From an uncultured Candidatus Saccharibacteria bacterium (lineage in GTDB: Bacteria > Patescibacteriota > Minisyncoccia > UBA6257 > 2-01-FULL-56-20): DNA of 64,000 nt. Numbering within the stretch: the first letter of the stretch is position 1; the number at the start of each line of letters is the position of its first letter. Both the position numbers and the translations under genes were made by a program. Under the pieces are notes generated by a model. It saw only the letters and a list, made by a program, of their open reading frames with translations. It was not told the DNA's origin and did no database searches. The stretch spans positions 31,773-95,772 of the forward strand of contig CAYHZA010000003.1 in the NCBI GenBank assembly GCA_964361095.1, written 5' to 3'. Positions 56,121-64,000 of the stretch are shown piece by piece.

Positions 56121-58079
56121 CTATATGTCCAAATTCTTGACTCCCGAAGCGTGTGCCTGAATAAACTGGCGACGGGGCGCCACTTCATCCCCCATGAGGA
56201 TATCAAAGAGACGATCGGCTTCGAGTGCGTCGTCCACCACCACGCGCTTTAAAAGCCTACGCGCGGGATCCATTGTAGTCTCCCATAATTGTGACGGATT
56301 CATCTCGCCCAATCCTTTGTATCGTTGGATATTTGGATTTACCCCTTTGAGACCTTTTACTATCTTTTCCTTATCCACGTCGGTGTACGCGTAATGAACC
56401 TCTTTGCCGGACTGAATCCGATAAAGCGGAGGTTGGGCAATATAAAGGTACCCACTCTCAATAATTTTCGGGAAATAGCGGTAGAAGAGAGTTAAAAGAA
56501 GCGTTCGGATGTGCGCGCCGTCCACGTCCGCATCGCTCATCAAAACAATCTTGTGATAACGGATGTTCTCGATATTGAACTCGTCGGCAATCGCGGTCCC
56601 GATCGCAATGACAAGCGTTCTAATTTCTTGATTCGCAAGCATCTTGTCGAGCCGGGCTTTTTCAACATTTAAAGGTTTCCCCCGCAAGGGCAGAATCGCC
56701 TGGGTCATCCGGTCTCTTCCTTGTTTTGCCGAACCGCCTGCCGAATCACCCTCCACGATAAAAAGTTCCGAATCGGCGGGGCTCCGCGAACTGCAGTCGG
56801 CAAGCTTTCCCGGAAGCGTCAGTCCTCCGAAGACACCCTTCCGAAGTACCGTATCTTTCGCGGCTTTTGCCGCCTTCCTTGCCTTCGCGGCAAGAAGAAC
56901 TTTTTCAATTACCCGCCGCCCTTCTTGCGGCCGCTTCTCAAAAAATTCTTTGAGCGCTTCGTTTACCACGCTCTCCACCGCGGTGCGCGCTTCAGTGTTG
57001 CCGAGACGAGCCTTCGTTTGCCCCTCGAACTGCGGTTCACGGATCTTTACGGAAACAACGACCACCAATCCCTCGCGCACGTCATCACTTGTGATATTCT
57101 CGTCCTTTTCTTTGAGGTATCCTTCGGCGCGCGCGTAGGTGTTCAACGTCCGCGTGAGCGCGGAACGAAACCCCGTCAAATGCATGCCGCCGTCCGGCGT
57201 GTAAATATTGTTCGCGAAACTTAACTCTTTTGTTTCAAAATCCTGCAGATAGGTAAACGCAGTCTCAACTTCTACATTCTCGCTGTTTTTGTTGACGTAA
57301 AAAATTTCTTCCTGAAGAGATTTCTCTCCATGACTTAAATATTTAATGAATGATAAAATTCCGCCTTCAAAATAAAATCCGTGAAAATGCGGCGGCGCTT
57401 TACGACGATCGAAAAAGTTGATCCGTACGCCTTTGGTAAGATACGCCTGTTGGCGCAAGTGATCGAAGATACGCTTCGCGTCGAACTCGATCTTCGAAAA
57501 CACAGTACTGTCGGGAATAAACGTAACCTTCGTGCCGATGCGGTCGGTACTCCCGATCTTTTTTACCTTCGCCTCCGGAGCGCCTCGCTTATACTCCTGC
57601 ATATAAACGCTTCCTCCGCGATACACTTGCACCTCGAGCCACTCGGAGAGCGCGTTCACGACGGAAACACCCACGCCGTGAAGTCCTCCGGCAACTTTGT
57701 ATGATTCTCCACCGAATTTTCCTCCCGCGTGAAGCGTGGTAAGCACCGTCTCCAGGGCGGACTTCTTTGTTTGTGGATGGATGTCAACCGGAATGCCGCG
57801 TCCATCATCGGTTACGATAACTTTATTGCCGGGCAACAATTCAACGGTGATTACCTTGGCGTACCCCGCCATCGCTTCGTCAATGGAGTTGTCCACGACT
57901 TCCCAGACAAGGTGGTGTAACCCATCCGGTCCCGTTGAACCGATATACATTCCCGGCCGCTTTCTTACCGGTTCAAGCCCTTCAAGAACATAAATATCCT
58001 TCGCTTCGTACGAAGGCTCACGGGAAACTTCGGCTTCTGGGATTGTTTTTGGTTTTTCTTCTTTTTGTTTTTTAGGCAT
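56121..58079 (-). CDS. gyrB: DNA gyrase subunit B
   Basis: VRKRPGMYIG, EVVDNSIDE, VEGDSAGG, DADVDG, RYKGLGEM. Confidence 0.97.
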   Translation of the reverse strand: MPKKQKEEKPKTIPEAEVSREPSYEAKDIYVLEGLEPVRKRPGMYIGSTGPDGLHHLVWEVVDNSIDEAMAGYAKVITVELLPGNKVIVTDDGRGIPVDIHPQTKKSALETVLTTLHAGGKFGGESYKVAGGLHGVGVSVVNALSEWLEVQVYRGGSVYMQEYKRGAPEAKVKKIGSTDRIGTKVTFIPDSTVFSKIEFDAKRIFDHLRQQAYLTKGVRINFFDRRKAPPHFHGFYFEGGILSFIKYLSHGEKSLQEEIFYVNKNSENVEVETAFTYLQDFETKELSFANNIYTPDGGMHLTGFRSALTRTLNTYARAEGYLKEKDENITSDDVREGLVVVVSVKIREPQFEGQTKARLGNTEARTAVESVVNEALKEFFEKRPQEGRRVIEKVLLAAKARKAAKAAKDTVLRKGVFGGLTLPGKLADCSSRSPADSELFIVEGDSAGGSAKQGRDRMTQAILPLRGKPLNVEKARLDKMLANQEIRTLVIAIGTAIADEFNIENIRYHKIVLMSDADVDGAHIRTLLLTLFYRYFPKIIESGYLYIAQPPLYRIQSGKEVHYAYTDVDKEKIVKGLKGVNPNIQRYKGLGEMNPSQLWETTMDPARRLLKRVVVDDALEADRLFDILMGDEVAPRRQFIQAHASGVKNLDI

Positions 58080-58232
58080 TTTTGATACTCAAAAAAATAG
58101 CTCTGTCTAACGGTTGATTTCCCGCAGGAGAGCAAACTTGCCACTAGGCGAGCACGCCAGATAACGTATTTATCTTATCACAAAAAAAGCCACTTTGAAA
58201 TGGCCTTTTTCCATTGAAAATAGCGGGTAAAA

Positions 58233-61200
58233 TTACCGCACCACACATCTGAACCCTGTCTTCTCGTCAGCCGTACCCACAGGAGTAATGCGCAAAGCCA
58301 AACGTCCTGATTTTTCTTCACCTTGGAAACTACCACCCCGCAAGTATCCATAAGGACCACCTCCCGTATCAACCGTAAGATAGTCGGCATGGAGTGTTGG
58401 GCTTACGGCGGTCGTAAGGGGTAAACCTGTTGTTTCATCCACGGTACCGATATAATCCGATGAAACAAATGGGAGAGAATTTATAGTTCCCAAAGTCCAT
58501 TCGGGAAGATTCCCGATCATGTCATAAGCACCAAAGAGAGAGCGGCAGAGAGATGCGGTACCGCTCTTGATGAAACCCCCGTTGAACCAAATAGTAGGGG
58601 TACTTGTACTTGTCTGAAACGTAGCACCAAGAGGAGAGCGGCCAAATCCTGTTTCTGGATCATTCCATGCCATACAGGGTTCGTTGCGGTAACCGGGATC
58701 ACTGTCATAGGGGTCAGGTGTGCCGATAGAAGCTAAATACCACTCGGCTTCAGTGGGAAGACGCTTGCCGTTTGTGACACAAGCCGCTTGTGCCTGTGCT
58801 TGAAAACGATTGATTGAGGGATTCTGGTTTGGGCGGGAAACTGCTCGTCCTGAAGGAAGAATGCTCGCTTCATACTTATCAACACAGAACGCGCCCGGAG
58901 AAGGCACCCAAACCATTCCTTCGGGACAAAGACCGCCAGAGTCGGGAATGATGGTTAATAAACTTCCTACTTCATAGAGACCGTTGTCCCCGCCGTCGTT
59001 CAAGGGAGGAGTTTGTTTCACGAGTGTGGGAGCAGAAGGTGCGACAACGGCGGCTCCGGTACAACTTCCCGTCGTAATCTGACAACCTGCATTACACGTA
59101 AGATTGCCTCCGGAAAAACCAAAGTTGCTACACGAAGCAGTTCCGAAGTCCGCACTATCACACTGTTCACTGACTTGGTTCTTCACGCCATCGCCGCATG
59201 AAGGACCGCCTCCCAAAGAAAGCGTCATCGCGTTCGAGGTTCCCGACTGCGAAACATTGGGAGGTGTCGCTCCGTCTTCGGCAGTCACATAGTAATAGTA
59301 GGTCGTGTTCGAAGTGAGCGCGGTATCGGTGGCGTTGCGAGGGGAAGTAATAGAAACTGTCGCGAATTGAAGGAAGGGACCGAGAGTTGATGTGGAGCGA
59401 AAAACTTTATAGCGTTGGACTCCGGTTGTTGGAAAACCAAGAAGATCATGACTTGGATCCCATGAGATAGATATGGTGGAAGTAGTAATGTTGGTCAACA
59501 AGGGATCACCGGGATTAGAAGGTGGGGTAACATCATTATTCTGGACGGTAACCGAAGACAAAGCCGCAGCAGTATTCCCCGCCGCATCCCGCGCGACTGC
59601 GGAAATCGTATACGTGCCATCAGAAGCAGCCGTTGAATCCCATGTTGGAAGTTCATAAGGAAAGACGGTATCCTCCACTCCGAGATTCGCGCCGTCAAGT
59701 TTGAACTGGACTCCGAAGACTCCTACGAGATCCGAGGCGCTCGCGGAAACAGTAACGGCGTTCCCGGAAACAACAGCGCCAGGCGACGGGAGGATCATGG
59801 AGACCGAGGGTGGAGTGGTGTCCACCACACAACTTCCCGTTCCAATATCGGCAACAACCGCCGCGATCGCCGTGTCGTCAACGGCGTCGCGCGGAAGAGC
59901 GCCCACGGTATCGAGGAGCGGATTGCATCCCAAAGGCTTACGAAGTTCCGCCGTAGTGTTTTCCGTAATTGCGGGAGCGGAACCTATCGGAGAAGCGGCT
60001 GTTCCTATCGTGTTGATATTCGCCTGGGGTGCATCATTTCCATTTACATAAACGGAACCAACACCGGTATCCATCCATAACGATTGACTCGGACTTAATG
60101 TAGAAGAATAAACATTTTTTACCAAATTTCCGCGCGCTTGATAACGCAATCGCGTTCCAAATCCCCCGCTTCCCCAGCTATGTACAATATTATTTCTAAA
60201 ATCAAATGTCGGCTTATTAAGCGTCACTCCCGTTGTGTCCCCCAAGATTGAAGGGTTGCGTTCAAAATTCTTCGTAAGTACATTGTGATGCACCGTCACG
60301 CGATCGGGAATATCTCCGGTTCCAGGACCGGAAATATTCATAGCTTCGGGACTCGGATCAGTGATACCCTTCGCGTCATAAATAATGGAATTCGATATAG
60401 TAACATCACTCACCGATCCATACGTTACTATGGAATCATCACTATGCTGAGAAAGAGACACGTGGTCAATCCAAATATTGCCGCATGCCGCCGTCCCGGC
60501 TTGCGCTCCGCAATACACTTGTATGCCGGGAGCATTTTCGATAGGAGGACCGGTGAGATTGCGTACACGCAGGTGCCGAACTATCACATTATTTGATCCA
60601 CGAATTTCAAACTCAGGAGTGCCTGACGTTATGCTATTGCCGGATCCGTTTATGGTAATCCCAGGTGAAGGTGCGGTTGAGCCATCAATAGTCACGTTAC
60701 TCTTGCCTGATAAACTTAATTTCCCTGAAGTAAGATTGATTGTCCCGCCTGTCGAGAAATAAATACGCGCGCCGCTTGCCCCGACACCGCTCAATGCCGA
60801 TCGCAAACTTCCCGCGCCGGAATCATTGAGATTAGTGACACAAATAATCGACTGACCCGCTCCTCCCGTTGTTCCCGAACCGAAACCTTCCGGATTTCCC
60901 GAAGCCGGCGTATTGCCGCACGAACTCGCCGCTGGCGTTCCCGATGCCTGCGCGGAATTGCCCGAAGTATTTAATGCCGCATCATAAGCGTTCACGACAT
61001 AATAATATGTAGTCCCCGTTGTAAGACCTGTGTTTGAATAATTACTAAGCGTCGTGCTCGCGATTCCGGTATAGGGACCGCCCGAGACCGTGGAACGATA
61101 GACACTGTAACCGGTAACGCCAACGACATCGGTACTGTCGGGCCAATCGAGATCGAGTTGTGTTCCGGATATGGGAGTAACCGAGATAGTTCCGGGAATG

Positions 61201-64000
61201 GAAGGCGGCGTGGTGTCGCCACCGCCACCATTATTCACCGTTACGTTCACTGCGACCGATGTCTGCATGTTAGCGTTCGGCGATGCATCAGTCGCAACCG
61301 CAGTTAGGACATATGGTCCGTCCGATACGAGAGTAGTATTCCAACTCACGCCATAGGGAGATGTCGTATCAACGCCGAGACTCGTAAGCCCTCGGAAAAA
61401 TTCCACTTGCTGGATGCCACTTGCATCCGATGCGGTCGCGGAAACGGGAACGCTTGCCCCCAAAACAGTCGCTCCACTCGCCGGAGCAGTTACGGAAACA
61501 GTCGGAGCGATAGTATCACCACCCGCTCCGGCGGAATACGTAATGGCGAGGGATGGATGAAACGAAACACTTGGCTCCTCGCTTGATCCCATTGCTTTAT
61601 TGCTATCAGAAAGCGCTTCGCTGTTATTTTTCAAAAGCAATCCTTGGTTTGTCCACGTGCCTCCAAACCAATTTTGCACCGCAGTCGTAATATCTAACGT
61701 TGCCGTAACGGGGCTCGCGGCGGAGCAAGTCCCAATACCCGCCGTTGAGGCCAGTGCGGTTGTCGCGGCATCGGTAGAAGCACTCGCTCCTGCGGAACCC
61801 CACGAAGAACCGGTGTCAAAAAGATTCCACGTCGCCGTATTTTCCACCCATGTGCGAAGCGAACGATAAGCCGAAACAACATAACTCGTCGAACCGTTTG
61901 AAGAAAGACATTTGAGCGTAAGTTGTGCTTGAGTAATCGTATCCCCAGAGAAAATTCCGGCATTTGAAAAATCAAAACGAATCAATCCTCGCAACCTTCT
62001 CCCTGATCCGCCAAAATTCCCAATACGCATCTTATCGTCAGTCCCATAATTATTACCAACACTTTCTTCTCTCATTTCTGTGTCATACGTTCCCGTATAC
62101 CCATCTCGACCCTGCTGAAGCGTTACGGTTGCCGACCCCAAAGTTGCCAAAGGAACAATATTGCTGTCCGCGCTCTCATTTCCGGAATAATCGCGCGCGC
62201 TTACCACATACTCATAACTCGTATTCAAAAATGCCGTAATATCGGTACTCGATGGAGAAGCGCTCATCGTACTTGACGCAAGGACGACAATAGAGCTAAA
62301 CGCTCCCGCGCCAGTTCGACGCTTGAGGACATATTCCCTAAGACCGCTCGCCACATCCGTACTAACGGTCCACACAAGCCGAGGCTTGCCTAAAATCAAT
62401 GATCCCGAAAGGGTCGGTATCGAAGGCGGAGTGACATCAAATATTCCAACATTAAGAGTTGCCGTATCGCTTCCGGTACGTCCGGTATTGTCGGTTGCGG
62501 TGAGTGTGAGCATATACGTCCCCTGCGTCGAACAGTTCACGGTTGCCGTTCTCGTGGTTTGCCCGGAACTATAACCTCCTGGAGTTAAGGTGCAACTGCC
62601 CGGAGGAATACTCCATACCATATTACTTACACTTCCATCGTCTTGGGCAATGCCGTTAAAAACAGCATTTGCACCTGTCTGGCCATTTTGATCAACTCCT
62701 GCGTTCGAAACCGGATCCTCATTAACAGAAGCACCCCCAACGCTAAATCGGTAATAGTGATCGCTCCAAGCGCCATTGAGCGTAGGAAAGCTGGCAAGTT
62801 CACTTTTAAATCTCACTCGTGCGTAATAATTGCCGGACGGCAATGTTACGGTAGATTGACAAGTCGTTGCGCTGCTGGAGTTGGGAGGACCTGAATCGTA
62901 GAGAGGAATACCTATCCCTTGGCTATCGAATGTATTCGTATTATCTATTTGACATTGAAATCCTGGTTGGGTTGAAAAACCGAACGGAGAATCTATATTA
63001 ATATTGGCCAGATTATTATTCCCCCAATCAAGTGTCGGTTGCGAACTTGCCGTATTTTCGCGAAGTTCAAAGTCATATGGCCACGACCCTGCGCCAACCT
63101 CATATGCTCCAATATCGGATCTCGAACCACCCCCTAGAGGAATGGAAAGATCTGGGGCTCCGGCATTAATAAGACGGCTGCCTGCGTTGGGTACATAGGT
63201 GGTCGTATTAAAATCGATGGTATTCGTTTGATAGTTAGTTGCTCCCGGCGTTGATGTTGCAACCGTTACACAAGATTGACCACCATATGCCGTTGAATTG
63301 TAAAAAGCGTTATATTCAATCCGATAGTTTACTGGGCAGCTCGTACTGACGATGCCTTCACTGTTAGCCTGGTTAAATCCTACAAAAAGATTATTGCGGA
63401 CACTGGCATATCGAGTGTATGAGTCAAAACGGATTCCTTCCCCCTCATCTGGGGCTCCCGTGTAATCAAAGACATTATTTTCTATGATTGCCGACGGAGG
63501 AGGCTTGCCAGCGTCCGTAGCACGTATCCCTAAAAATTTCCTCGTTCCCGGAGCCCACATCTGAGGAACCTGGAGAACATTGTAGCGGAAAATACTTCCC
63601 CCGGAATTGTAAAATTGAACGCACCCCTCATCGGATTGGCAGGTCATATTGGTAATTTTGTTAAACTCAACTGTTGTCCCCGTTCCGAATCTGCCGAAAG
63701 CTAGTACGTCTTTTGCGGTAATATTTCTTACGACATTATTAGCCCCGAGCGCAACGACAACACATCCTTGCCCCCTCGTACCTCCATTCAAATCATTGTC
63801 AATTACTATATCCTCAATAAGCGTACGATTGTCTCCAAGATAAGCGCTTCCTTCCCAATTTCCAGCCGTAATAACGAATGCAGTACAAGCTAATGACGTA
63901 GGGGGAAAATTGATCGAATGAACTTCAATATCTCGTATAACAAGTCGAGCCGTATACCCGTTATATGACGCATGAGCTCCCCCAAAAATTCCAAATTGTG
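58233..64000 (-). CDS. giant multidomain surface protein (beta-helix, PKD, FN3, DNRLRE-like, Ig-like, pectate-lyase-like, C-terminal FGE-sulfatase); 5' end outside window
   Basis: Frame open to the window edge; EGFGSGTTGG..VTNLNDSGAGSLR; KRLPTEAEW..DMIGNLPEW..RGGSF..GFRC. Confidence 0.88.
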   Translation of the reverse strand, partial: QFGIFGGAHASYNGYTARLVIRDIEVHSINFPPTSLACTAFVITAGNWEGSAYLGDNRTLIEDIVIDNDLNGGTRGQGCVVVALGANNVVRNITAKDVLAFGRFGTGTTVEFNKITNMTCQSDEGCVQFYNSGGSIFRYNVLQVPQMWAPGTRKFLGIRATDAGKPPPSAIIENNVFDYTGAPDEGEGIRFDSYTRYASVRNNLFVGFNQANSEGIVSTSCPVNYRIEYNAFYNSTAYGGQSCVTVATSTPGATNYQTNTIDFNTTTYVPNAGSRLINAGAPDLSIPLGGGSRSDIGAYEVGAGSWPYDFELRENTASSQPTLDWGNNNLANINIDSPFGFSTQPGFQCQIDNTNTFDSQGIGIPLYDSGPPNSSSATTCQSTVTLPSGNYYARVRFKSELASFPTLNGAWSDHYYRFSVGGASVNEDPVSNAGVDQNGQTGANAVFNGIAQDDGSVSNMVWSIPPGSCTLTPGGYSSGQTTRTATVNCSTQGTYMLTLTATDNTGRTGSDTATLNVGIFDVTPPSIPTLSGSLILGKPRLVWTVSTDVASGLREYVLKRRTGAGAFSSIVVLASSTMSASPSSTDITAFLNTSYEYVVSARDYSGNESADSNIVPLATLGSATVTLQQGRDGYTGTYDTEMREESVGNNYGTDDKMRIGNFGGSGRRLRGLIRFDFSNAGIFSGDTITQAQLTLKCLSSNGSTSYVVSAYRSLRTWVENTATWNLFDTGSSWGSAGASASTDAATTALASTAGIGTCSAASPVTATLDITTAVQNWFGGTWTNQGLLLKNNSEALSDSNKAMGSSEEPSVSFHPSLAITYSAGAGGDTIAPTVSVTAPASGATVLGASVPVSATASDASGIQQVEFFRGLTSLGVDTTSPYGVSWNTTLVSDGPYVLTAVATDASPNANMQTSVAVNVTVNNGGGGDTTPPSIPGTISVTPISGTQLDLDWPDSTDVVGVTGYSVYRSTVSGGPYTGIASTTLSNYSNTGLTTGTTYYYVVNAYDAALNTSGNSAQASGTPAASSCGNTPASGNPEGFGSGTTGGAGQSIICVTNLNDSGAGSLRSALSGVGASGARIYFSTGGTINLTSGKLSLSGKSNVTIDGSTAPSPGITINGSGNSITSGTPEFEIRGSNNVIVRHLRVRNLTGPPIENAPGIQVYCGAQAGTAACGNIWIDHVSLSQHSDDSIVTYGSVSDVTISNSIIYDAKGITDPSPEAMNISGPGTGDIPDRVTVHHNVLTKNFERNPSILGDTTGVTLNKPTFDFRNNIVHSWGSGGFGTRLRYQARGNLVKNVYSSTLSPSQSLWMDTGVGSVYVNGNDAPQANINTIGTAASPIGSAPAITENTTAELRKPLGCNPLLDTVGALPRDAVDDTAIAAVVADIGTGSCVVDTTPPSVSMILPSPGAVVSGNAVTVSASASDLVGVFGVQFKLDGANLGVEDTVFPYELPTWDSTAASDGTYTISAVARDAAGNTAAALSSVTVQNNDVTPPSNPGDPLLTNITTSTISISWDPSHDLLGFPTTGVQRYKVFRSTSTLGPFLQFATVSITSPRNATDTALTSNTTYYYYVTAEDGATPPNVSQSGTSNAMTLSLGGGPSCGDGVKNQVSEQCDSADFGTASCSNFGFSGGNLTCNAGCQITTGSCTGAAVVAPSAPTLVKQTPPLNDGGDNGLYEVGSLLTIIPDSGGLCPEGMVWVPSPGAFCVDKYEASILPSGRAVSRPNQNPSINRFQAQAQAACVTNGKRLPTEAEWYLASIGTPDPYDSDPGYRNEPCMAWNDPETGFGRSPLGATFQTSTSTPTIWFNGGFIKSGTASLCRSLFGAYDMIGNLPEWTLGTINSLPFVSSDYIGTVDETTGLPLTTAVSPTLHADYLTVDTGGGPYGYLRGGSFQGEEKSGRLALRITPVGTADEKTGFRCVVR

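Noticed and set aside
58233-58380. C-terminal FGE/CLec domain as a remote target of the DGR
   Set aside because: The fold is typical of DGR targets, but by eye the 3' sequence does not align with the TR at 30141-30254
1-64000. Alternative genetic code (UGA=Gly, as in Gracilibacteria/Absconditabacteria)
   Set aside because: Conserved genes are uninterrupted under code 11, and several (rpoD, alaS, rplK, nusG) end at TGA

Overview
A ~64 kb chromosomal segment of a Patescibacteria (CPR, Parcubacteria-like) bacterium. The taxon is inferred from gene content: shortened aminoacyl-tRNA synthetases, an RpoA with no alpha-CTD, DUF4012, large pilin-like proteins, and housekeeping genes that mostly lack an SD sequence. 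Core genes include valS, alaS, serS, thrS, gatB, miaA, lepA, infA-rpmJ-rpsMKD-rpoA-rplQ-rplM-rpsI, secE-nusG-rplK, dnaG-rpoD, gyrB, tmk and alr. Main findings: (1) a complete diversity-generating retroelement (target/VR, hairpin, TR, avd, RT). Its avd and RT genes overlap head-to-head across a C9/G9 homopolymer, and a single +1 nt would put both start codons in frame. (2) A second, decayed DGR (orphan target plus an RT C-terminal remnant). (3) Several families of palindromic/structured repeats, often nested, inserted in-frame in essential genes, in r-protein leaders and in tRNA genes. One case is an intact tRNA-Pro(GGG) nested inside a fragmented second tRNA-Pro. (4) An RNAP alpha-CTD-like domain fused to an M50 protease. 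(5) A stand-alone 6S-like ncRNA. All alignments and counts were done by eye and no database searches were run.
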